58,965 bases of DNA, filler included, from 7 parts of 7 records of this genome joined end to end with filler, not necessarily neighbours in it; one strand, 5' to 3'; positions 32,093 through 42,499 are shown, counted from the first letter of the whole stretch. Made by a program: numbers and translations. Notes: a model not told the origin generated them from the letters alone.

Positions 32093-33046
32093 TTGTTGAT
32101 GATAGAACTTGGATTAAAATCGGATCCGATAGAAACACGTTATAGTTTTAAATGGTTGTTTGAATTGATGAATGACCTGGATGTTCGGGTAGTTCAAATT
32201 GGGTCATTTTTTGAATTGTATATTTTGGATTTGGCTTATTTCGAAAAGATAAGAAATCTGGCTTTAATAAATAATATCCAACTACGGAGTGTATTTACAG
32301 CTCATCGAGAATTAGGAGGTTTTTTTTATGACAATTTATATATGGAAAAAGCTGCCCGTACTATGTATGAACGTTTAATTGAAGTGGCTGCTTTTTTAGG
32401 GGCAGATTATTGTGGCTCAAACCCGGGGGCGGTATACCGTGATCAAATGTATAATAAAAACAAAGGTATCGACTGCTACTTGAAACACATGAAAGAGCTG
32501 TCGAGCTATGCACATCAAAAAGGGTTAAAGGGGTTAACTATTGAGCCGATGTCATGTGCTGCAGAGCCTCCTACGTCGATTGGTGAAATACGAAGGGTAA
32601 TGACCGAATTGAATCATTTTCATTTGAATAATCCGGAAAATACGGTTCCCTTCTATATGTGTGGCGATATAAGTCATGGATGGGCAGGATTTGACAGACA
32701 AATTATACAATCAAATTATGAACTCTTTGAGGCCGCATTCCCATGGATGTGCGAATTTCACTATAAAAATACCGACCAATTTTACGAATCAACATTTGGA
32801 TTCTCAAAAGATGAACAACAGCAGGGAATTGTTAATCTTAATTGGATACATCAGCTAGTTGAAGAACAAAAGGATACTTTACCATTTTTGCCTATTACGG
32901 GATATCTTGAAATTGGAGGACCAAAGGTTGGACGTGATTATTCTGATAAATTGCTAGGGGAAAGTTTGTCAGAGTCAGTGGCATCTATTAAAAATAGCCT
33001 CAGTTCATATAATATAGAAACTATTAATTTAAATAATAAAAGATGA
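32093..33046 (+). CDS. Sugar-phosphate isomerase/epimerase, xylose-isomerase-like TIM barrel
   Basis: IEPMS, GDISHG, EFHYKNTD and YLEIGG metal-ligand pattern. Confidence 0.75.
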   Translation: MLMIELGLKSDPIETRYSFKWLFELMNDLDVRVVQIGSFFELYILDLAYFEKIRNLALINNIQLRSVFTAHRELGGFFYDNLYMEKAARTMYERLIEVAAFLGADYCGSNPGAVYRDQMYNKNKGIDCYLKHMKELSSYAHQKGLKGLTIEPMSCAAEPPTSIGEIRRVMTELNHFHLNNPENTVPFYMCGDISHGWAGFDRQIIQSNYELFEAAFPWMCEFHYKNTDQFYESTFGFSKDEQQQGIVNLNWIHQLVEEQKDTLPFLPITGYLEIGGPKVGRDYSDKLLGESLSESVASIKNSLSSYNIETINLNNKR

Positions 33047-34109
33047 AGGCAGCGATACTTGAAGACTTAAATAAGGTGGTTGTAAAAGATGTTGATGAGC
33101 CTGTGTGTGGTGATGGAGATATGATTATTCGTCCGGAATCGGTTGCTGTCTGTGGCTCAGATGTCCGGATCTTCCGGTATGGAAACAATCGGGTTTTTCC
33201 ACCAACAGTGATCGGGCATGAGATTGCAGGAACTATTGAGAAGGTTGGCAAGAAAGTGACAAATTTCAGGAAAGGTCAACGAGTGGTTCTGGGAGCAGAT
33301 GTCCCTGATATGAATACAGGACGTAGTTACACCTTAAAAGGACAAGGTAATCTGTGTCCAGAGAATCTTGCAATTGGGTATCAGTTAGATGGAGCATTTC
33401 AGCAGAAAATGAAGTTAGATGAAGGTACTGTAAAATATGGTCCAATTGTAGAAATACCAGATAATGTAAGTTTTGATGAAGCAGCATTGACTGAACCTTT
33501 GGCATGTGCCGTTCATGGTTTCGAGATGGCTCAAATGGGTTTGGGGAAAAGTATCTGCATTATTGGCTTAGGTCCTCTTGGTTGTATGATGGTTGAATTG
33601 ACTAAAAGCTACGGTGCCGGAAAAGTATTTGCTGCCCAGCGTTCTAAAAAGCGACTTGAAATGGCCAAAGATTTTTTGAAAGGTATTGATGCAACGTTTA
33701 TTTCGACGGAAGATGAAGGCCTTGTTGAACGTGTTTTGTCAGAAACAAACGGCGAAGGTGTTGATGTGGTTATTACTGCTGCCGGAACTGTAAAAGCGCA
33801 AGAGGATGCAATTAAAATAGTCAAAAAAGAGGAATTGTTAATTTGTTTGCTGGTCTAAAAAACCAACCTAAACTGGAAATTGATTCTAATTTGATCCACT
33901 ACAAGGAGTGCTCAGTTCTAGGAAGCCATGGGTCAACCCAAACTGATGTTGAAAAGGCCATGGTGCTTATTGCTAAGGGGGATATAAAAACAAAGAAATA
34001 CATCTCCAGATATTTTTGCCTTGATGAAATAGAGGATGCTATTGAATATCATGAATCCCGTCAAGGGATGAAGGTTATCATAAAACCACAAGAAAAGAGT
34101 AGAATATGA
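33043..34109 (+). CDS. Zinc-dependent alcohol/polyol dehydrogenase (frameshift in A6 run near 33823-33828)
   Basis: VCGSD, IGHEIAG, TEPLAC, GLGPLG. One extra A gives VKKRGIVNLFAGL and joins ORF 33843-34109. Confidence 0.88.
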
Positions 34110-34801
34110 AAAGTAATATAAAACTATCACCATCAATGATGTGTGCCGATTTCTTGAATATCAGACAAGAGTTGGATACATTTGAAAAGAACAAAATAGA
34201 TTTCTTACATATCGATGTTATGGATGGGCATTATGTTCCTAATTATACATTAGGAATTGATTTCTGCAAAAGCTTAAAACGTTATTCATCAATTCCTTTG
34301 GATATTCATCTTATGATTGAGAATGTGGATCAATATATCGAGAGCTTTTGTCAGTTTGAGGGTTCTTTTGTCAGTTTTCATCCTGAAACTACATGGCATC
34401 CAGTTCGTACAATTGAACTAATCAAAAAGAACAATTGCAAGGCTGGCATTGCTCTGGATTCAAGTGTCTGTATTGATCAGTATAAGGAGCTGTATGAATT
34501 AGTGGATTTTGTGGTTGTTATGACGGTTACCCCAGGCTACGCAGGTCAGAAGCTTTTGACGTTTTGTCTTGATAAAATAAGGCAATTGAAACAATACTTC
34601 ATTGAGAATCAAATTTGCACAGTAATTGAAGTTGATGGAAATGTTAGTTGGGAAAATATACCTCTAATGGTTGAAGCGGGTGCAACTATCTTAGTCAATG
34701 GGTCTTCTTCAATTTTCGACAAACGTTTCAGTAGAGACGAAGCAATTAAAGAAGTCAGAAAGTTGTTGAGTATTTATGAACGAGAAGAAAAAGAAGTTTA
34801 A
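34106..34801 (+). CDS. Ribulose-phosphate 3-epimerase family protein (Rpe/AlsE-like)
   Basis: LSPSMMCAD, HIDVMDGHYVPN, DIHLMI, MTVTPGYAGQ, IEVDG. Confidence 0.9.
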   Translation: MKSNIKLSPSMMCADFLNIRQELDTFEKNKIDFLHIDVMDGHYVPNYTLGIDFCKSLKRYSSIPLDIHLMIENVDQYIESFCQFEGSFVSFHPETTWHPVRTIELIKKNNCKAGIALDSSVCIDQYKELYELVDFVVVMTVTPGYAGQKLLTFCLDKIRQLKQYFIENQICTVIEVDGNVSWENIPLMVEAGATILVNGSSSIFDKRFSRDEAIKEVRKLLSIYEREEKEV

Positions 34802-34888
34802 GATATAACCTAGCTCTATTCTAATTGTATCTGAAATAGTTCGGTTGTAGTCTCCCTTTACAGTTTTTGCTGATTAGAAAAACATAAG

Positions 34889-36265
34889 ATGCTTGGCTTC
34901 AAATTATATCTACTACTCATTACTATTTTCGTGCAATTAAATAGTGGCTATTGTCAATACATAGCTCCTTTGTTCAAATCAGGGGATAGGGTTTGTTTTG
35001 TTGGGAATAGCATTACCAATAGTGGAGAGTTTCATAACAATATATTGCTTTATCATGTTACTCGATTTCCTGATCAGTATGTGCATTTCTTTAATTGTGG
35101 TATTTCAGGAGATGTAGTCAGTCGTGTTTTAACTCGTGTGAATGATGATATTTTGATTCATAAACCTACTCATGTTGTTATTATGTTGGGAATGAATGAT
35201 GTCAGACGGAAGTTGTATGGTACTCTCAACAGTTCAAATCCCGATACGATTGACATGCAGCAAGAAGCATTGAGCTTTATAAAAAATATGAATAGCCTTG
35301 TGCAGCTATTTATTTCAAAAGAAATCCAGGTAATTCTTCAAAAACCAACTATTTATGACCAAACTGCAAACTTACCATCTATAATCCATTTTGGAGTAAA
35401 TGATGCACTAGGAACTTGTGCTGATTTAGTAGACAAATTAGGACATAAGTTTAATCTACCGATTGTGGATTATAGGACGATCATGAATACGCTTAATCAG
35501 TCTATGCAAAAACGAAATCCATCTGCAAGTTTAATAAGAAATGATCGGGTTCATCCTCATTCCATTGGACACTTCGTAATGTCTTATCAGTTTTTAAAAA
35601 ATCTGCAAGCTCCTCAGTATGTATCTAGAATATCAATCAGTAAAAATTTACATAAGAGTAAAAAGAAGAGTTTAAATTGCCAAATTTCCAATTTAAGGAG
35701 GTCTACAAATGGATTAACTTTTTCAGTTAAAGAAAAAAGCCTGCCTTTCCCAATAGTTAGTAATCAAGAAAAAGGGTTGAAAATAGTACCATTTGAAGAT
35801 GATCTAAATATAGAGTTATTGAAAATACGAGATTTGGATAAAGGGAGTTATCAGCTTCGTATTGATGAAAATATTGTTGGAAAATTTACGTCATCGGATT
35901 TATCCTCTGGAATTAATCTGGCGATATATCCAACTCCTCAATATAAACAGGCTCACGAAGTTTTGTCTGTTCTGAAAAGGTCATGGGATATTGAAGCCAA
36001 GTTGAGGGGTATAAAATTTATCGAATATCATCCAGATTTTGGAAGATGTTCTTATGCAAACAATCTTGACAGTGTTAAAGCCTTTTTAGAACCAATTTTC
36101 AATGAAAAGAATACTGAGTATTATATTAATCAACTTAATAGTTACTTAATTAATAAACCGAAAGAATCATATTTTAAAGAGGAGTTAATTCAGCTGAAAG
36201 ATAGTGCGTTTAAGTGTGCTCAACCCAAATGGCATACTTTCAAGTTAGCAAATGTCAGGTATTAA
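34889..36265 (+). CDS. SGNH/GDSL esterase, exported
   Basis: FVGNSIT, NCGISGD, MLGMND, DRVHP. Confidence 0.88.
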   Translation: MLGFKLYLLLITIFVQLNSGYCQYIAPLFKSGDRVCFVGNSITNSGEFHNNILLYHVTRFPDQYVHFFNCGISGDVVSRVLTRVNDDILIHKPTHVVIMLGMNDVRRKLYGTLNSSNPDTIDMQQEALSFIKNMNSLVQLFISKEIQVILQKPTIYDQTANLPSIIHFGVNDALGTCADLVDKLGHKFNLPIVDYRTIMNTLNQSMQKRNPSASLIRNDRVHPHSIGHFVMSYQFLKNLQAPQYVSRISISKNLHKSKKKSLNCQISNLRRSTNGLTFSVKEKSLPFPIVSNQEKGLKIVPFEDDLNIELLKIRDLDKGSYQLRIDENIVGKFTSSDLSSGINLAIYPTPQYKQAHEVLSVLKRSWDIEAKLRGIKFIEYHPDFGRCSYANNLDSVKAFLEPIFNEKNTEYYINQLNSYLINKPKESYFKEELIQLKDSAFKCAQPKWHTFKLANVRY

Positions 36266-36313
36266 AGGTATTGTTCGTTAATGTAAAGTAAAAGCGCCTA
36301 AGTAATTAAACTT

Positions 36314-36413
36314 NNNNNNNNNNNNNNNNNNNNNNNNNNNNNNNNNNNNNNNNNNNNTTAATTAATTAANNNNNNNNNNNNNNNNNNNNNNNNNNNNNNN
36401 NNNNNNNNNNNNN
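36314..36413. other. Artificial contig spacer
   Basis: N44-TTAATTAATTAA-N44. Confidence 0.99.
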
Positions 36414-36579
36414 TATCTCAGACCCTGGGTTGGAAATCCTGGCCCGCAGAAACTGCCTACTGCCCACTGGCTCTTCACTGCCCACTGTTTCTGCGTTCGT
36501 TCCGACTAAAATTACAACCTGGGACAAGAAAGAATCAATACCAAAAAATCAGCTTGAATTTACTTTTACAAAATTAATC

Positions 36580-36851
36580 CTTTATTTTTTTATTCAATTG
36601 TTGTATTTTATGTCCGGATTTGAATACGTTAACGATTAAACATGTAGCCCGGTACGACAAGCCGGGACTATTGGATGTCGGCAAGGGACTTTACCGATTG
36701 CTGAACAGTCTGATTAAAAGCCCATACCAGCAAAGAGATTCTTTTAACGAAACCATTTAAACCGGTTCAAATTTCTTTGATAATTTTATTTCTTTATTCT
36801 TTTATTCAATTGTTGTATTTTGTACCCGGATTTGGATACGTTAACGATTAA
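36580..36851 (+). repeat. ~60-bp direct repeat (36580-36639 and 36792-36851), probable duplicated promoter/operator
   Basis: CTTTATTyTTTTATTCAATTGTTGTATTTTrTrYCCGGATTTGrATACGTTAACGATTAA present twice. Confidence 0.85.
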
Positions 36852-37097
36852 GGAAAGTGTCTCTTGCTAAAAACACCATGTTTAAATCGTCACAACAATA
36901 ACTTGTTTAAAAAGCAGGTATAAAATAATAACGTACATGTCCATATAGCTGACAGGAACGAACGATTCTTAAATTCTCATTTCAGAATCTGTCTTCTTCC
37001 ACATGTCAGCAATATCAGATGTGTTTACATTCCGCAGTTAAAATGTTCTTATTAAGGAGAAATACATAGCCAAAAACAATTATGAAGGAGGACATTC

Positions 37098-38537
37098 ATG
37101 GCTAAAGAAACAAAAGATCTCACTCGTCGTGAGTTCGGAAAACGCACAGCACAAACAACAGCGGCCGTTGCGGCAGCCAGTGCCATTACCGGCCCTTTCT
37201 TTCCTGGTAAAGTATTGGGTGCCAATGATCAGGTGAACACGGCTCATATCGGTATTCGTGGCCAGGGATTTGGACATATCAAAGGTTTTGGCAAAATCCC
37301 CGGAGTCAAAATTAAAACAATATGTGATGTAGATGAGAACCTGTTCCCTGAACGAGTTGCCGCCATTGAAAAAGCACATGGCTACAAACCCGGCACCGAA
37401 TGGGACATGCGCAGAGTATTTGACGATAAAGATATTGATGCCGTCACTTTTGCCACCCCAAACCACTGGCATGCATTGTGCGCGATTTGGGCTGCCCAGG
37501 CTAAAAAACATGTCTATGTTGAAAAACCAGCCTCACACTCCATTTGGGAAGGACGCCAGATGGTCAATGCTGCCAGAGCAAATAACGTTCTGATGCAAGT
37601 TGGTTTCCAGAACCGCTCTCGCAAAAACACCATGGCTGCCATAAAGTTAATACATGAAGGCGGTATTGGTAAAGTCTTTATGGCACGTGGAATGTGTTTC
37701 AAACCACGCTGGGATATTGGCCGATATCCGGATGGTCCCATGGCCGAAGGCGAAGAATTCCATTTAAGAACAAACAAATCCGGTAAAATGCCAACCTATA
37801 CTGAAAAGTATCTTTCCAAAGTCCATTATGACATGTGGATCGGACCGGCTCGCCTACGTCCGTTTAACCGTAATCGCTTCCATTACAACTGGCATTGGCA
37901 GTTCGAATACGGCAATGGCGACACCGGCAACCAGGGTCCGCATCAGTTTGACGTTGGTCGTTGGGGCTTGAACAAAGATGAATACCCGATTAAGGTCCGC
38001 TCCATGGGTAATTACTATATCTTTAACTCCCAACAGGATACACCCAATACACAAACAACCATGTTTGAGTATTCAGACGGTACGCTTTTTGAATTTTCTA
38101 CCCGTGGCTTGTTCACAAACGCCGATGGTTCTGTAAAGATCGGAAACATCTTTTATGGCAGCGACGGTTGGCTGGAAATTGATGCCAATGGAAACTGGAA
38201 AACATTCTTTGGTTACAAAGGTGAACCAGGTCCAAACTCTGAAAATATTGATGCAGAAAAAGCAGATGCGCTGAACACGGTTGGTACAGGTATTGGCGGC
38301 CATTTTGGCAACTTTATCGCAGCTGTTCGTTCCGGCAAACAATCAGATTTGACCTGTGACATTGAAGTCGGACATCGTTCCAGCGTCCTGCCGTCACTCG
38401 GAAATATTTCCTATCTGCTCGGCAGAGAATTGACTCTGGACGGCCGCAGTGAACGAATTATCGATGATGCTGAAGCAAATGCTTTGTTGCGTCGTGAGAA
38501 ATACCGTGCTCCTTTTGTAGTACCAGATCTGACCTAG
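37098..38537 (+). CDS. Gfo/Idh/MocA oxidoreductase with Tat signal
   Basis: AGGAGG RBS, TRREFGK, GIRGQG, ATPNHWH, YVEKP, YNWHW, GNQGPHQFD. Confidence 0.93.
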   Translation: MAKETKDLTRREFGKRTAQTTAAVAAASAITGPFFPGKVLGANDQVNTAHIGIRGQGFGHIKGFGKIPGVKIKTICDVDENLFPERVAAIEKAHGYKPGTEWDMRRVFDDKDIDAVTFATPNHWHALCAIWAAQAKKHVYVEKPASHSIWEGRQMVNAARANNVLMQVGFQNRSRKNTMAAIKLIHEGGIGKVFMARGMCFKPRWDIGRYPDGPMAEGEEFHLRTNKSGKMPTYTEKYLSKVHYDMWIGPARLRPFNRNRFHYNWHWQFEYGNGDTGNQGPHQFDVGRWGLNKDEYPIKVRSMGNYYIFNSQQDTPNTQTTMFEYSDGTLFEFSTRGLFTNADGSVKIGNIFYGSDGWLEIDANGNWKTFFGYKGEPGPNSENIDAEKADALNTVGTGIGGHFGNFIAAVRSGKQSDLTCDIEVGHRSSVLPSLGNISYLLGRELTLDGRSERIIDDAEANALLRREKYRAPFVVPDLT

Positions 38538-38632
38538 TCAATAACATCTCAAATACCTTTCGGAAAAGTGCGATTGTATATTTTTACAGTCCAACTGACT
38601 AAAGGTGAAAAAGTCTCAATGACTATTACAAT

Positions 38633-38668
38633 GTCCTCTCCACTCTATGTGGAGAGGACTCTTTTTTT
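38633..38668 (+). terminator. Intrinsic terminator
   Basis: GTCCTCTCCAC-TCTAT-GTGGAGAGGAC followed by TC and T7. Confidence 0.85.
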
Positions 38669-38975
38669 CTGCCCCTTCCCTGCTGACCAGACTTGAACAG
38701 GTATCGTTTTCTACATTTTCAACAGATATTAAAGCCAGAATGCTTATGAGGTTCATTTTAATAAAATCAATTTGGAAATTTATCCCCATTTAATTTTCCC
38801 GGTATTGTAACAAGAACCTCTCATAGTTTGAATCAACAAATCAACTTTGTTAACCTGTGCAATATTGCTTCTGGAAACTTGTCACTGCAGCCCAAATATT
38901 TCTTGTAATTTAAAATTACTTCGATACCATATTTTACATATAATAAAAATCATGGGTTATGGTAAGGGATACTTT

Positions 38976-41726
38976 ATGAAAACAATATTACTTTTCTTCT
39001 TGTGGGGATTGCTCACCAGTTCCGTTTATGCTGGTCCGGATAATATAGCCCCTCAAGCAAACGTTACAGCATCTTCATCTGTTAGTGATAATTTTGCGCC
39101 AGTGAATGTTATTGACGGAGTAATAAGAATACCCAATCAGGGAGAGTGGGTATCTAAAAGCGATATGACCTTCTGGGGAATGATAGACTATCCCTGGATT
39201 CAACTGGACTGGGATTCTCCCAGAAATATAAATAAAGTTATTTTATACGACTCTCCGCGACAACAAACACATACTGCCGGAGGACTAATTCATTTTAGCG
39301 ACGGAAGCCAAATAAGCGTATGGCAAATTCCTAATGATGGAAGCCCAAAAGTCGTTTCATTTCCTGCAAAAAAAGTCGATTGGCTTCGCTTCGAAGTAAC
39401 TGATGGAGATGGTATCAACCTTGGATTATCTGAAATGGAGGTATATCCTTCACCTGCCGGTTTTCCGGATTATGTTTCATGGGTTGAACCTTTTATTGAA
39501 ACCACACGTGGAAGATATTTTTTCTTTGTAACCGGTAGTCAGCCATTTGGAATGATAAGCGCTGCACCCATGACTCGGAATAAGAACCAATACGGAGGCG
39601 GGTATAACTACAATTCACTGGAAGTGCTGGGATTTCCGCAAGTTCATGGTTGGATGTTGTCTGGTTTAACGTTGATGCCAACAACAGGAAATACAGACCC
39701 TTCCAAAGGAGAACAGCATTGGAAATCGCGATTTACACATGATGATGAAATTGTTCAGCCAGGCTATCATCGTCTCTATTTGAAGGATTATAATACGTGG
39801 GTTGAACAAACGGCGACTGACCGGGTAAGCTTTTATCGATTGACCTTTACCAAAGATGATGTGGCCAAAATATTACTGAACCTGGGCGGTTATGTTGCAA
39901 CCTCTACAATGACAGATGCTTTTGCAGCAAAAGTAAGCGATACTGAAATAGAAGGTTCTTTTAATACAACCGGGCGATTATGGGGAGGTCCCGAAAATGT
40001 AAAAATCTTTTTTGTGGTCACATTTGATCGGCCCTTTGACATGCTTGACGGATGGTCTGAGACAGTCAGTTATACAGATATTTCCCAACTAAAAGGTAAA
40101 CCCGGGAGTATCCCGAGAAAAAAAGAAGGATGGAGTTATCACGATGCGCCGACTGCCGGGGTCAGTGCGAATTATAAGGTAAAACCGGGAGATCAGCTTC
40201 AGGTGAAATTTTCAATTTCATACACCAGTATTGAAAACGCCCGGCGTAATTTAATCACTGATTGCAATCACTGGGATTTTGACCGTGTGAAACAAGATTC
40301 CAGAAATGAATGGAACCAATGGCTTGGACGAATTGAAGTAAAGGGTGGTAGCGATGCCTGGAAAATGAAATTTTATACGGATCTTTGGCATACGCTATTA
40401 GGCAGACACAAACTGGACGACATTAGTGGAGACTATCCTGACTATACCCAGGGTGAACGTGCAGGTAATCATACCATAAATGCCAACCTTAAAATCCGTA
40501 CTTTACCCAAAACAAATTTAGGAAAAATCAAATATCATATGTACAATTCAGATGCATTTTGGCTAACCCAATGGAATTTGAATATTCTTTGGGGGCTGGG
40601 CTGGCCTGAAATGCTTGACGAATTTTCCGCTTCACTTGTCCAATATGCTGACAATGGTAAATTATTACCCCGGGGCCCATGTGTTGGAGGTTATTCCTAT
40701 ATCATGACTGGTTGCCCGGCAACCAATCTCATCGTATCTGCATACACAAAAGGACTTTTAAAAAAAACCGATGCCAATCATGCTTATGAGGTAATGAAAG
40801 CTAACCACATGCCAGGCGGAATGATGGGAATAGATGATTTTTATATCAAAAATGGGTATCACCCGGGAAATGCAGGAATCACGCTGGAGGCTGCATTTCA
40901 GGATTGGGCTTTGGCACAAATGGCAAAAGGATTAAAAAAGAAAAACGAAACAGATTATTTTATAAAGCGATCAGCAGGCTGGAAGAAACTCTACAACAAC
41001 CGACAAAAATTAATCTTTCCCAAAGATAGAAACGGGGATTGGCTGCATGAAGATCATCTAAGCGGTAAAGGCTGGATCGAAGCCAATTCCTGGCAGGCGA
41101 CGTGGTCTGTATCTCATGATATAGAAGGACTGGCTTCTTTGATGAACGGACCGGATACGCTATGTAAAAAACTGAATTTTGCATTTGAGCAGGCAGCTCC
41201 GCAGGATTTTGTGTACGGTTATGGCAACGGCTATGTCAGTTATGCTAATCAGCCCGGCTGTTCAAATGCCCATGTATTCAACCATGCAGGTAAACCATGG
41301 CTAAGTCAATACTGGGTAAGACGGGTAAATGAACAAGCCTATGGGGCTATCAAACCTGACAAAGGTTATGGTGGACATGATGAAGATCAAGGACAAATGG
41401 GGGGTGTCAGCGCATTGATGTCATTAGGGCTTTTCAGTCTTTGCGGAACAGCTTCTATTGATCCAGTGTATGAAATCACCAGTCCTGTTTTTGAAGAAAT
41501 CACTTTCCATTTGGATCCATCCTATTATTCGGGAAAAAAGTTTGTAATAAAAACATATAACAATTCATCTGAAAATTGTTATATACAGAAAGCTGTGTTA
41601 AATGGTCAGCCTTTGAGCCAGTTCTGGTTCAGGCATAGTGAATTTGCAAAAGGAGGAGTTCTTGAAATATGGTTAGGACCAGAACCAAATAAAAACTGGG
41701 GAGTTGGCAAGCTTCCGCCAAAATAA
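38976..41726 (+). CDS. GH92 alpha-mannosidase-family protein with N-terminal discoidin/F5-8-like domain
   Basis: Start chosen from the AAGGGA RBS and signal peptide MKTILLFFLWG. Motifs PFGMISAAP, FYTDLWH, TLEAAFQDW, ANQP, DEDQGQMG. Confidence 0.92.
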   Translation: MKTILLFFLWGLLTSSVYAGPDNIAPQANVTASSSVSDNFAPVNVIDGVIRIPNQGEWVSKSDMTFWGMIDYPWIQLDWDSPRNINKVILYDSPRQQTHTAGGLIHFSDGSQISVWQIPNDGSPKVVSFPAKKVDWLRFEVTDGDGINLGLSEMEVYPSPAGFPDYVSWVEPFIETTRGRYFFFVTGSQPFGMISAAPMTRNKNQYGGGYNYNSLEVLGFPQVHGWMLSGLTLMPTTGNTDPSKGEQHWKSRFTHDDEIVQPGYHRLYLKDYNTWVEQTATDRVSFYRLTFTKDDVAKILLNLGGYVATSTMTDAFAAKVSDTEIEGSFNTTGRLWGGPENVKIFFVVTFDRPFDMLDGWSETVSYTDISQLKGKPGSIPRKKEGWSYHDAPTAGVSANYKVKPGDQLQVKFSISYTSIENARRNLITDCNHWDFDRVKQDSRNEWNQWLGRIEVKGGSDAWKMKFYTDLWHTLLGRHKLDDISGDYPDYTQGERAGNHTINANLKIRTLPKTNLGKIKYHMYNSDAFWLTQWNLNILWGLGWPEMLDEFSASLVQYADNGKLLPRGPCVGGYSYIMTGCPATNLIVSAYTKGLLKKTDANHAYEVMKANHMPGGMMGIDDFYIKNGYHPGNAGITLEAAFQDWALAQMAKGLKKKNETDYFIKRSAGWKKLYNNRQKLIFPKDRNGDWLHEDHLSGKGWIEANSWQATWSVSHDIEGLASLMNGPDTLCKKLNFAFEQAAPQDFVYGYGNGYVSYANQPGCSNAHVFNHAGKPWLSQYWVRRVNEQAYGAIKPDKGYGGHDEDQGQMGGVSALMSLGLFSLCGTASIDPVYEITSPVFEEITFHLDPSYYSGKKFVIKTYNNSSENCYIQKAVLNGQPLSQFWFRHSEFAKGGVLEIWLGPEPNKNWGVGKLPPK

Positions 41727-41780
41727 GCTTGATCCAAAGTGCCCAAAAGCTATATTTAATATTGAAAAGATGGAATGCAT

Positions 41781-41940
41781 TTGCTAACAAAATGTTCAAG
41801 TAATAGCAACACAGCGGGAAACTATCGCTTATACAAAAAACGTCAGGGTTGTTTTATCCTTTTCACACCGAGCACAGTAATCATTTCATCAAGGTTATTA
41901 ACCGCTTTGTTTTTATCATGTGAACGGCTGTCCGTTAAGC
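41781..41940 (+). mobile_element. attC-like site (integron cassette recombination site candidate)
   Basis: Begins TTGCTAAC and ends GTTAAGC. Internal complementary arms GTTCA/TGAAC and AACACAGCGG/CCGCTTTGTT. Confidence 0.45.
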
Positions 41941-41961
41941 AATAAACATAAAGGTATATAA

Positions 41962-42495
41962 ATGCGACTAACATCCGGTAAAAAAGCAAAAAATATAAAA
42001 CTTCCGGCCATTGACGGGTCAATGTTTGAGACAGAAAGCGTCAAGGGAAAACCATATATGTTGTCTTTTTTACGTTTTGCCAGTTGTCCTTTTTGTAATT
42101 TGCGCGTAAATGAACTTGTTACACGATTTCATGAATTTGACAAGGACTTTACTATCATTGCTGTGTTTGATTCACCACTGGATAATCTGACACGTCATAC
42201 TGAAGGACATAAAGCGCCATTCCCCATCCTGGCCGACGAAAACAACATGTATTACAAAGAGTATGGTATCGAACGCTCTTTTTGGGGTCTGCTAAAAGGC
42301 ATGTTTTTTCGTATGCCAACACTGCTGAAAGGGATGTTTAAAGGATATGTACCGACAACAATCAAAGGCAGCTTGATGACCATGCCAGCTGATTTTCTGA
42401 TTGATCGTGATGGTATCATTAAAGTGGCATATTATGGTAAAGACGAAGGAGACCATCTGCCATTCGACAAGGTGAAAGAATTTTCTTTGCAATAA
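41962..42495 (+). CDS. AhpC/TSA peroxiredoxin-like (thioredoxin fold) protein
   Basis: FLRFASCPFC (CxxC), FPILAD, MPADFLIDRDG. Confidence 0.88.
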   Translation: MRLTSGKKAKNIKLPAIDGSMFETESVKGKPYMLSFLRFASCPFCNLRVNELVTRFHEFDKDFTIIAVFDSPLDNLTRHTEGHKAPFPILADENNMYYKEYGIERSFWGLLKGMFFRMPTLLKGMFKGYVPTTIKGSLMTMPADFLIDRDGIIKVAYYGKDEGDHLPFDKVKEFSLQ

Positions 42496-42499
42496 ACAA

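Noticed and set aside
36430-36639. 69-aa ORF at the start of C5 (and the 61-aa ORF at 49196-49381)
   Set aside because: Both consist largely of the non-coding repeat and promoter elements described above.
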